DNA of 64,000 nucleotides from an uncultured Verrucomicrobiae bacterium (GTDB lineage Bacteria > Verrucomicrobiota > Verrucomicrobiia > Limisphaerales > JAFGQR01): the NCBI GenBank assembly GCA_963788655.1, contig CAWBHS010000050.1, forward strand, positions 16,954 through 80,953. The letters run 5' to 3'. Every line of letters starts with the position of its first letter. Positions within the stretch are counted from its first letter, which is position 1. Made by a program: the position numbers and the translations under genes. The notes beneath the pieces are model-generated. The model had not been told where the DNA came from, made no database searches, and saw only the letters and a program-made list of their open reading frames with translations. Positions 55,110 to 64,000 of this stretch are shown here, piece by piece.

Positions 55110-55550
55110 ATGAAACTGCCGACCATTTTAATTGTGGATGATGACGAAGGTCACGCGTTGCTGGTGCAGGAGAACCTGCGGGAAGCCGGCATGAGCAACT
55201 CGCTGCAGCACTTCAAAGACGGCCAGGTGATCCTGGACTTTCTTTTCCAGCGCGGCACCGGTCCGCATCGGGTCGAAGGCGAGCCGTACCTGTTGCTGCT
55301 GGACATTCGCATGCCCAAGGTGGACGGGATCGAAGTGCTTCGCCAGATTAAAGACCATCCCGAATTGCGTAAACTGCCGGTCATCATGCTCACCACCACC
55401 GACGACCCGCGGGAAGTCGAACGTTGCCACACGCTCGGTTGCAGCGTGTACATTCAAAAGCCGGTGGACTACGATAAATTTGCCGAAGCCGTCCAGCGCC
55501 TGGGCTTGTTCATCAAGTTGGTGTTGGTGCCGAATCTCAATGGCCGATGA
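55110..55550 (+). CDS. Single-domain response regulator (Rcp1-like)
   Basis: ILIVDDD, LLLLDIRMPKVDG, LTTTDD, YIQKP. Confidence 0.92.
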   Translation: MKLPTILIVDDDEGHALLVQENLREAGMSNSLQHFKDGQVILDFLFQRGTGPHRVEGEPYLLLLDIRMPKVDGIEVLRQIKDHPELRKLPVIMLTTTDDPREVERCHTLGCSVYIQKPVDYDKFAEAVQRLGLFIKLVLVPNLNGR

Positions 55551-56641
55551 TGGCGGGCTCAATCGATTCCATGGATAACCTCGTTCAACCCGCCCGCATT
55601 CTGATCGTGGATGATGACGTGGGGCTGGTCACGTTGATCGCCGAATGTCTGCGGGACCACGGCCACAAAATCGCCACCGCGGCCTCCGGGACCGAAGCCC
55701 TGGCCGGCGTTGAGCAGCACCCGCCGGATTTGATGCTCCTGGATCTCAAGATGAAAGACCTTAGCGGCCAGGCCGTGTTGCGCCGGCTCAAGAAACAGGA
55801 CACCCCGGTGCCGTTCATAGTGATCACCGGCCAGGGCGATGAACGGGTGGCGGTGGAATTGATGAAAGAAGGCGCGCTCGATTACGTGGTGAAAGATACC
55901 ACCCTGCTGGAGGTGCTGCCGGCGCGGGTCCGCCATGCCTTGGACCAAGTCCATCGGGACCGCGCCCTGGCGGTGGCACAGGCGGAATTACAGCAAAGCC
56001 AGCGCAAAATCCTCGCCATTGTGGACCATGAGCAGCGCCGCATTGGCCAGGATCTGCACGACAGCCTGGGTCAGCAATTGACCGCCATCGAATTTCAGTT
56101 GCACTCCCTGTTCGAAGACCTCAATGCCCCCGACCTTGCCGGCGAGCGCGTCAGTTTGATCAAACAAGCCAAGGAAGTGGGGCGCACGCTCCGCGAAACC
56201 ATCACGTTCACCCGCTCCCTCGCCCGCGGATTGGCCCCGGTTAAATTCGAGTCCCAAGGTTTGATGGAAGCCCTCGAGGAACTGGCCCGGCGCACCGACA
56301 CCCTCGGCCGAACCCGCTGCCGTTTTGAGTGTCCCGCTCCCGTCCTGCTTGCCGATGCCGAGGTGGCCAGCCATCTTTTCCGCATCGCTCAGGAAAGTGT
56401 GAGCAACGCTTTGAAGTATGCCCAGGCCCACGAAATCGTAATCAAATTGAACCGCAAACGTGGCGGCCTGACACTTTCCATCCGGGATAACGGCCAGGGA
56501 TTGCCGCCGACGGCCACTGTATCCTCCGGCATGGGTTTGAGCGTGATGAAACACCGCGCCAACGTATTGGGCGCCTCCCTGGACATCCAGAGTGCTTCCG
56601 GCAAGGGGGTCACCGTGACCTGTAACCTGCCACTTGATTGA
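55547..56641 (+). CDS. Receiver domain + HisKA_3 histidine kinase
   Basis: REC domain; EQRRIGQDLHDSLGQ, RIAQESVSNALKY, DNGQG, GMGL. Confidence 0.9.
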   Translation: MMAGSIDSMDNLVQPARILIVDDDVGLVTLIAECLRDHGHKIATAASGTEALAGVEQHPPDLMLLDLKMKDLSGQAVLRRLKKQDTPVPFIVITGQGDERVAVELMKEGALDYVVKDTTLLEVLPARVRHALDQVHRDRALAVAQAELQQSQRKILAIVDHEQRRIGQDLHDSLGQQLTAIEFQLHSLFEDLNAPDLAGERVSLIKQAKEVGRTLRETITFTRSLARGLAPVKFESQGLMEALEELARRTDTLGRTRCRFECPAPVLLADAEVASHLFRIAQESVSNALKYAQAHEIVIKLNRKRGGLTLSIRDNGQGLPPTATVSSGMGLSVMKHRANVLGASLDIQSASGKGVTVTCNLPLD

Positions 56642-56643
56642 CC

Positions 56644-57414
56644 ATGAAAACCAAAAAGACTGCCAAACTCCGGGCCCCGAAGCCCGCCACTGTCAAAGCT
56701 CCACGCCCGGTGAAAAGCCCGACGGCCCCGGCCCCGGAGCTGGAACCGGTTCGGTCCGGCCGTCGCCGCATCATGCTGGTGGACGATCATCCGATGATGC
56801 GCAGCGGTATGGCGCAAGTCATCAACAAGCAGGCCGATATCGAGGTCTGTTGCGAGGCCAGCAGCGCCGCCGAAGCCCTGGACAATCTTTGCAAGAACCG
56901 CCCCGATCTCGTGATTGCCGACATTACCCTGCCCGGTCGCAGCGGCATCGAGATGATCAAGGACATGCTGGCGATCTGCCCCGGACTGGCGGTGCTGGTG
57001 GTGACGCTGCACGACGAATCGCTGTATGCGGAACGCGCGTTACGGGCCGGCGCCCGTGGCTACCTCATGAAAGACGCCGGCGCGGCGTACCTGCTCGAAG
57101 CCATCCACAAAGTGTTGAACGGCCAAACCTACGTGAGCCCGCAAATGGCCGCGCGGATTGTCGATATTTTTTCGGGCCACCGCCCCCGTGGATCCTCCTC
57201 GCCCATCGAGAAATTGACCGACCGCGAATTTGAAGTCTTCCGCCTGATTGGCGCGGGCAAGACCGCCAAACAAATTGCCGAGCAATTGCACCTCAGTTCC
57301 AAAACGGTGGACGTCCACCGCGGCCGTATCAAAGAGAAACTCGGCATCCCCGACGTGACCGCGCTGGTGAGCCATGCCGCCCGTTGGGTTGAAGCTCAAC
57401 ACGGCGGAGTGTAG
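56644..57414 (+). CDS. NarL/LuxR-family response regulator
   Basis: LVDDHP, GYLMK, LTDREFEVF...LSSKTVDVHR. Confidence 0.92.
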   Translation: MKTKKTAKLRAPKPATVKAPRPVKSPTAPAPELEPVRSGRRRIMLVDDHPMMRSGMAQVINKQADIEVCCEASSAAEALDNLCKNRPDLVIADITLPGRSGIEMIKDMLAICPGLAVLVVTLHDESLYAERALRAGARGYLMKDAGAAYLLEAIHKVLNGQTYVSPQMAARIVDIFSGHRPRGSSSPIEKLTDREFEVFRLIGAGKTAKQIAEQLHLSSKTVDVHRGRIKEKLGIPDVTALVSHAARWVEAQHGGV

Positions 57415-57699
57415 GGAAGGCTGAAGGCCAAGAGTAAACGCAAACTCAAGCTCGAAATCCAAAATGAAGCGTGGGACACGTTGATGAACGAGCGGGACAA
57501 TCACGAACCGGAGTTGTTCTGTTCTCCGAGTCGCCATCAGCCGGTGAAAACCGAAGAAGTCAATCACGAGTCATTGCACAAATTTCTCCCCGAACACCTG
57601 AACCAAGTGGGACTGATTGATTGCAGTGCCAAAACCTTGCAGCCCATTTCAGAGTAACGTCAGCTTGCGTTTGAAGCCGATTCGAAGTAGGAAATTGCT

Positions 57700-57918
57700 A
57701 TGAGCATGACGGGTACAGTCAAGAACGGTGTGGTGGTTCTGCCTCCCGGGACGAATCTTCCAGAGGGGGCCAAAGTGAGAATTGAACCACTGAAGCTCAC
57801 GTCCGCCGCCGATCCGTTCGTGGCGGCTGTGGAGAAACTGGCCAAGCCCCGTTCACATCTACCGAAGGACTACGCGCTCAACCATGGTCATTACTTGCGG
57901 GGTGAACCGAAGAAATGA
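57700..57918 (+). CDS. Putative antitoxin
   Basis: TGTVKNGVVVL...LPEGAKV...D.ALNH.HYL; ATGA overlap with the PIN gene. Confidence 0.75.
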   Translation: MSMTGTVKNGVVVLPPGTNLPEGAKVRIEPLKLTSAADPFVAAVEKLAKPRSHLPKDYALNHGHYLRGEPKK

Positions 57919-58316
57919 CCACCGCTTTCGCCGACACTTTTTACTTCCTCGCGTTGTTGGATTCTCGCGAAGAGCGCCACCCGGAAGCTGCCGCGGCTTC
58001 GCGTGATCTGCAACTTCGACTGGTGACCACCGAGTGGGTGCTGACCGAATTTGGCGATGCTTATTGTCACCCGCAAGATCGAGCCGACTTCGTGGCCCTA
58101 TACCACTCCCTGCTTGACCACCCCCGCATCAAGATTGTTCCCGCTGAAACTCACTTGTTTCAGCGGGGCGTCAAGTTGTTTGAAGCACGCCCAGACAAAG
58201 AATGGTCCTTAACCGATTGTCTCTCATTTATCGTCATGAGGGACGAAGCAATTAGCGAGGCGCTAACAGGCGATAAACATTTTGAGCAGGCTGGCTTCAC
58301 CGCGTTGCTGAAATGA
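57915..58316 (+). CDS. vapC: PIN-domain (VapC-like) toxin
   Basis: FADTFYFLAL, VLTE, SLTDCLSF, LTGDKHFEQAGF. Confidence 0.88.
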   Translation: MTTAFADTFYFLALLDSREERHPEAAAASRDLQLRLVTTEWVLTEFGDAYCHPQDRADFVALYHSLLDHPRIKIVPAETHLFQRGVKLFEARPDKEWSLTDCLSFIVMRDEAISEALTGDKHFEQAGFTALLK

Positions 58317-58506
58317 GGATAGCTTTGTCCCTTCGATCCGGTTCGCTTCCGCAGATAGGCCACTCTGAAATCTGACTGACGCCCAGTAGTTTCGGTGCTC
58401 GGTTCTTTGGCGTTCGAGAATCGCCTTTCGGCTTTGATCTATGGCCCTTGCATGCCCTGACTCGCGTTCGCATACGTTTGCTTTGCGCGGCCGAAACCTG
58501 TATGCG

Positions 58507-59907
58507 ATGACCATGCACACGCTGCGAAACACGCCTAAAATTCTGGCCGTCGCATTGGCCGCCCTGGTCCCTTTCGGCAATATCGAGTGCGCCATCGCCG
58601 CTTCCGCCGCGGCTGCGCCCCGCTTCTTGTTCAACGAAAACCAAACCGGTCAGCCCAAGGTGGGCGTTCCGGTGGTGCAGCCGTGGCGACGCATTGCTTT
58701 GAATGCCGACTACGGTGGGGCGTGGATTGTGGCGGGCGATCTGGACGGTGACGGCGCCGTGGAGATCGTCAGCGCGCGCAACGCGAACCAAAACAACGTC
58801 CATTACACGTGTAGTGTCGTCGCGCAACGTCTCGATGGCACCGTGCTTTGGCACTGGGGCCAACCGAACCAGGGCCGCCGCAAGCTTTCGCACGATGTCG
58901 CCTGCCAGATTTACGACTGGGACGGCGATGGTCGCATCGAAGTGGTCCTGGCCACGCAAGGATTCCTGGTCGAACTCGACGGTGCCACCGGCACTGAAAA
59001 GCGCCGGCTGCCCCTGCCGTCGGAAGCCACCGACTGTCTGGTGTTTGCCAATCTGTCCGGCGGACCGCGCGCCACGGAGGTCCTGGTCAAAACCCGCTAC
59101 ACCCAGATCTGGGCGATGAATCACGACGGAAAGCAGCTTTGGACCGAGCGCCTGCCCGGCGGCTATCGCACCGCGCATCAACCCATGCCGATTGATCTCG
59201 ACGGCGACGGTCGGGACGAAATCATGGCCGGCTTCGCCATGCTCAATGCCGATGGCTCGACGCGCTGGGTCTTCCATTCGCGACAAGTCGATATGAATCG
59301 CGGCCACTGCGACTGCTTCCGCTTGCTGCGGCGCGGCAAGACTCCGGCGGAATCCCGTTTTGTCATGACCTTGTGCGGTGCCAACGATATCGCCGTATTG
59401 GATGGCAACGGCAAACCCGTTTGGGAACTTGCCGGGCATCATTTCGAGTCAGTGGACATCGGGAGAATCCGCAGCGACCGGCCCGGGTTGCAACTGGCCG
59501 TGGACATCGATCATCGGCCGAAAGGCGAAGGTCCGTTGTGGGTCATCGACGAACAGGGCCAACCGCTGGGACAAATCATGACCGATTACGCGCGCCATCA
59601 CGCCCTGGTCGATTGGACCGGCGACGGACTGGACGAAATTCTCGTTGCCGATGCGCGCGGGCTCTTTGACGGGCAGGGGCGCCGCGTCGCCACGTTCGCC
59701 ATGGACGATCCCGAAGCCGGCGGCGAAACCGCCGAGATGCTCGCCGAGATGCTCGGCTTGGTCGGCGACATGACCGGCGACGGCGTGCCTGACGTGATGC
59801 TCAGCGCCCGCGACCTGAGCGCGGTCTATATTTACAAGAATGAGCATGGGCAGAAGCCGGCGGAAACGACACCGCTGGGAACCGGCATGAACTTCACGCT
59901 GTATTGA
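58507..59907 (+). CDS. Secreted FG-GAP-repeat beta-propeller (rhamnogalacturonan lyase 11-like)
   Basis: Repeated D.DGDG..E motifs (GDLDGDGAVEI, DWDGDGRIEV, DLDGDGRDEI). Confidence 0.7.
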   Translation: MTMHTLRNTPKILAVALAALVPFGNIECAIAASAAAAPRFLFNENQTGQPKVGVPVVQPWRRIALNADYGGAWIVAGDLDGDGAVEIVSARNANQNNVHYTCSVVAQRLDGTVLWHWGQPNQGRRKLSHDVACQIYDWDGDGRIEVVLATQGFLVELDGATGTEKRRLPLPSEATDCLVFANLSGGPRATEVLVKTRYTQIWAMNHDGKQLWTERLPGGYRTAHQPMPIDLDGDGRDEIMAGFAMLNADGSTRWVFHSRQVDMNRGHCDCFRLLRRGKTPAESRFVMTLCGANDIAVLDGNGKPVWELAGHHFESVDIGRIRSDRPGLQLAVDIDHRPKGEGPLWVIDEQGQPLGQIMTDYARHHALVDWTGDGLDEILVADARGLFDGQGRRVATFAMDDPEAGGETAEMLAEMLGLVGDMTGDGVPDVMLSARDLSAVYIYKNEHGQKPAETTPLGTGMNFTLY

Positions 59908-59912
59908 CTCCA

Positions 59913-59937
59913 GTAGGACGGCCGTCCCGGCGGTCCC
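59913..59937 (+). repeat. GTAG-type REP
   Basis: GTAGGACGGCCGTCCCGGCGGTCCC right after the stop; related to 15485. Confidence 0.55.
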
Positions 59938-60067
59938 GAGTGTGGCAATCCTCTGCACTAGCAACGACGCATTCCGCTGATGCTATTAGGAGTCTCGCTC
60001 CGCATCCCTTTGCTCGATAGCAGCAGTCGCCTGCCGACACCCCGTCCAGTTCACCAGTAGATTTGAC

Positions 60068-60092
60068 GTAGCGGCGTCTCGCCAGAGCGCGG
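60068..60092 (+). repeat. GTAG-type REP abutting a truncated gene end
   Basis: GTAGCGGCGTCTCGCCAGAGCGCGG. Confidence 0.55.
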
Positions 60093-61911
60093 TACATGCC
60101 GCCGCCGGGTTGGGTCACAGTCAACACGCGCAGTACAGAGCCTTGGTTGGTGGGATCGGTGCCGGCGCGGAATTCTGCGGAGTCTGTAGCACCGTCCCCA
60201 TCGAAATCGCCCGTGCCGTTGCGGTCCAGCGTGTTGAAAAACGCCAGTTCCCAATCGTCGTCCAGGCCGTCGCCGTCGGAATCCCGGCCACCGAGACGGA
60301 ACATTAAAATGTCGCTGTGTTGATTCGCGTCGCCGATTGCGAGGTCATCCGCCCAACTTTGGAAGACAACGGTCTGGCCGTCGGCCCCCAGGAACGGCCG
60401 GCAGGAAAGGCCGCCTCCGGAGCCCGAGCCGTTCAGGTTTCGGCTTGCGAGCATGGTGGTGTCGGTCGCCAGATCGCGGATAAAAATGTCAGTCTAATCA
60501 TTGGTATCGCCGAGCACCAGGTCATTGGCTTGGCTGGCAATGATGACATAACGGCCATCGTGCGTAATGAGCGGATGCGTCGAGGAACCGTTGCCAGAAT
60601 CCGATCGCGCAAAGTTGGCGCTCACCAGGTTGGTCGTGCCACTGACGCGGTCCGTGAGCCAGATTTGCGAGTTGGTTTCTCCGGATGCCAACCGTTCATA
60701 GACAACCCACCGGCCATCTCCACTGATGGCAGGATTGAAGGCATTGGTGGCGACCAGGTCGATGGTTCCTGTCGCCAAAGAATAAACGTACGCGTTGGCC
60801 GTCGAGTTGTTGGTCGTGGCAAAGAGCACCTGCTGTTCGTCCGCGCTGAACGTGGCCAGGACCACTCCGGCGTCGAGTCCGACACCGTTCGTATCCAGGC
60901 TGACCAGACGAGTTTGTTGCTCGATCAAATCCCGGACGAACAGTTGATTGAAATCGCCCGGAAACGCATTGGTCACCAGGTTCTGTGCATGGCTCTGGAA
61001 CAACACCCAACGACCGTTCGGGCTGATGATCGGCATCACGGCACCGCGGTTGCCGCTGCCCGTGCCGGCGCGATTAACGCTCACCAATGCGTTGGTTTCG
61101 AGCCACACATCGCGCACGATGATATCCGGTTCGTCGTTCGTATCGGCCAGTTCCGCAACCAGATTCGTGGCTTCGCTTTTGTGCCAGTAAAGCTGAAACT
61201 CCTGGTTCACGTCGTTGGTTGTCGGCGAAAGGCCGTTCAATTGTCTCCGGCCGAGAAAGGTGACAAAATTTCCGGCGGTGCTTTCAAAGAGAAGCCAACG
61301 GCCAGCGGCGGAGAGCAACGGATTGCGAGACTCTCCATCGCCGGTGCTCAGACCGTCGCCAGCCACGCTCACCCATCGGATCGTGCCGGTTGTCAGGTTC
61401 CGCACGAACACATCGCTTTGCCCGTTGGTGTACGGGACTGCCACCAGATTGGTCCCGTGCTTTCAAAGGCGACGTGGCGGCCCGCACTGGAAATTGCCGG
61501 CGCCGTTGAGTTGCCGCTGCCGCCTCCGACGCCGGCAAGGTTGACGCTCACCAAAGCAGTTTCCCCGCTGGTCAAATCGCGGAGAAATACGTCGAGATGG
61601 GGTTGCCGGTCGTCGTTCGTCACCAGGTTGCTGGCTTCGCTCGTGAAGGCGACCCGGCGACCGTCACGGCTGAGGACAGGCGTAAACGAGCCGGCGGCGC
61701 CGGTGGACTGGTGGGTGGTGGCGGTGGGGGACAGCAACCGGGGTGGGGCGTCCACCGGATCGGCGGCCAAGCCATGTCGCAATACCGTCACCATAATTGC
61801 GGCGGAAAGCAATCGTCGGCCCCACGGACGCCGCAGGAAATCCGACGAGGTCACTGAGCTCCGCCATTCGGTGCGGAATATCGGGTTTACTGAGTGAGGT
61901 CGAAATTTCAT
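60093..61911 (-). pseudogene. TolB/PD40-repeat secreted protein with Ca-binding DSDGDG repeats; frameshift, internal stop and truncated end
   Basis: P.LS.DGR.VAF.S.ASNLV..D repeats; DSDGDGLDDDWE, DFDGDG, AGTDP. Frame break ~61455, stop at 60494. Confidence 0.7.
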
Positions 61912-61918
61912 GGCGGGG

Positions 61919-62351
61919 TTATTGTTGAAGATTAGGAGGGAACGGATATCTCCATAGGTCGTCAATCAACCACAGGTTAAACGAGTTTTGATGGTTCAGA
62001 AATCTGACGCTGCCATCGGCAAACATGTAATTGGAACCACCTTCCTCCGGACTCCCGGCAACGGTTATGTGGCGTGTTGGTTCATAGCTGACAATGTCGT
62101 CAAATTTATAAGCGTCCATCCAAAATGTGCCGGTGCCGGATTTCTTTTCACCAATTATGATGGTTTGGGCCGGGAGTTTAATTGCGCTGGTAGGCACCTT
62201 GGCCCCCACGTCCGGAATCCTTTTGAAATAATCGTCGAAGGCGTTGAAGAGACTGCTCCGTTCGGGCCGCTCCGTCGTCCCGCCGTGGGGTGAGTTGGGC
62301 AACGGCACGCTCACGGGGGCCGACACTTGGAAACACAATGCGATTGGTCAT
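61919..62351 (-). pseudogene. H-X9-DG (DUF1559-like) prepilin-type protein lacking its N-terminal methylation region
   Basis: PAQTIIIGEK, RH...GGSNYMFADGSV. GGAGG RBS and ATG at 62351, but no FTLIELL segment. Confidence 0.65.
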
Positions 62352-62368
62352 ATCCACTCAACCTCCCT

Positions 62369-63540
62369 TTACTTCTTGATCAACCGCCAGAAGCAGGTAG
62401 CGCCGTTCGTGGCGGCGGTCAAATAGGGATTGCTCATGTCCGGTTGGACCTCGGTCCAGGGACCGGCAAGCTGCGCGGCTGTTTGCAGGGCGTAACCGCC
62501 GCCATTCCACTCCAGGCGGAGGGCTTCGTCCTGACGTTGTATTCGTAAATGAGGAACTGGGTCGGCAGGCGGCGAGTACGTCCGAGTCAAACGACCGAGC
62601 ATTTCACATCCGAAAACCACGTCCGTGCTCGTGGGGGAGTTTTGGTGGACCTCGACCGCCAAAAAATTCGTTCCGGAATTCAGGTTGGTGACGGCGAAAA
62701 CGTTGGTCACACACTCGGCGCTGCCGATGTTGATGGTGGCAGGAGTGTAATAGTCGATGGCTCCCTCGGGCATGTTGTAGCGGCCAACCTCCAGCCCATT
62801 GAGGTAAAAGACGCACCCATCGTCCACCAGCGAGGTCAATTCGAGCGCGGCGGTAGCCAGCACGGGGGAAGTGACAAATTCCGTAACGAAGTAATGGGTG
62901 TTAGCACCGATCGAGATCCACGTGTTCAAAGCGCCTCGGCACGGGGATAACGAGCCAAATTCGAATCCAAAAAAACCAGGACCTTCCCCATAGAGAGTTC
63001 CTTCCAAATGATTGGTGCGCCACGCCGTCCCCAAGTCGATTCCTACATCGGTCCAGCGCCACCAATCGTCCATGGCCAGCAACGGCTGCACGACCTCAAA
63101 ACCAATCCCCACCTGGCTGTTCGGAGCAATGATGTTGCGCACCGGTGAATTGTCGCGCACATCGTTGATGGTCAGCACATATTGCGAGCCTGGATTCCAC
63201 GGAGAAACCGTCAAGCGGACCGTGCTGATACCCCACGCCACATTGGAGACGACCAGTGAATTGCCGGTTCCCGCTTCAGTGATCGAGTAATGATTGGTGT
63301 CTCGGGCGCCCACAAAGTTCACTGCCTCGTTAAAGGTAACGATAATGAGATAGGGAGGGTAATCCGCTAGGGCAACCGCCGACAGAATCACCGGTCCCGT
63401 GGCATCCGGGAGCACTTGCACCTGGGCCACCCGGCTGGTCACGCTGCCGACGAGATTGGTGACCAGCAAGCGATAGCTGCCCGCGTCAGTCGCCGCCGCA
63501 TGCGCAACAGAAAGCGTGGGCTCGTTGGCCGAAGCGACAT
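62369..63540 (-). CDS. C-terminal part of an Ig-domain surface protein (5' end replaced by foreign AT-rich DNA)
   Basis: DAGSYRLLVTN..GSVTS, DATGP, VTFNE, DDGCVFYLNG, NFLAVEVHQ, C-terminal FWRL. Confidence 0.75.
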
Positions 63541-64000
63541 CAACAAAACCTTCCCATTTTTGAATTATTGAATTAAAGCTAAATGAAATATCTTGCGCTG
63601 CAGTTTGGGGATTTGTAACTTTTGTATTTCTTGCAGTACTTTCAATATTATTATTCAAACTTCGCTTAGAAGGAGAAGTATAATTAGTCTTTGGACTTTC
63701 GTTTATCTTTCTCTGTTCAACCGGATTTTTGTTATAACTCTTTGTGTTAGGCTTATTGCCAGGCTCGTTATTCGAAAAATCAGAATTTTCAATTTTGGAT
63801 AAAGACTTGATATTGTAGCTGATCTCTCTAAACCGATTAAGTAACCACTAAGCGCTATTTCTAACTTCAATTTTTGGTTTTGTGCAAAACGCAGTTCTTG
63901 CTGAGTCTCAGTCAAGAAATTTAAAAGTCTGAGTATATCACCTTCAGAAAATTTTCCGGAGTATTGAACATATTTCTCTTTATAAATATCGGCAGCTTCA
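63541..64000 (-). CDS. dnaX: AT-rich fragment resembling DNA polymerase III gamma/tau, frameshifted and partial
   Basis: EAADIYKEKY...FSEGDILRLLNFLTETQQELRFAQNQKLKLEIAL resembles DnaX domain III; low-complexity linker; FNSIIQKWEGFV. Abrupt GC drop. Confidence 0.6.

Noticed and set aside
57420..57660. Possible DNA methyltransferase C-terminal remnant (LKLEIQNEAWDTL) before the TA pair
   Set aside because: Similarity is too short to support without a search.
62369..63658. 429-aa ORF as a genuine full-length protein
   Set aside because: Its first ~40 residues come from the AT-rich foreign segment; it has no signal peptide and starts mid-Ig domain.
1..64000. tRNA or rRNA genes
   Set aside because: No cloverleaf/T-loop or rRNA signature noticed by eye.

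Overview
GC-rich bacterial DNA whose gene style (Ig/LVIVD/RCC1/PD40 surface proteins, H-X9-DG prepilin-like protein, many secreted glycan enzymes, GTAG-type REPs) suggests Verrucomicrobiota; this taxonomy is inferred. It holds a short housekeeping block (mpl, YccA/BI-1, asnS), many secreted or Tat carbohydrate-active enzymes, a four-gene signalling cluster, a VapBC-type pair and several gene remnants. Many accessory genes carry 1-bp frameshifts, probably long-read errors. The main discovery is an integrase-less integron on the minus strand (~33.3-39.85 kb) with an attI-like site and 4 clear plus 1 degenerate attC sites. One attC R' box is split, in sense orientation, by a 2220-bp CL1/IIB-like group II intron. 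The intron's EBS1 loop (CUAACG) is exactly complementary to the attC sequence CGTTAG, and its termini are non-canonical (UUGUG...GGU). The last ~460 bp are an AT-rich dnaX-like fragment of apparently different origin, likely a chimeric join.
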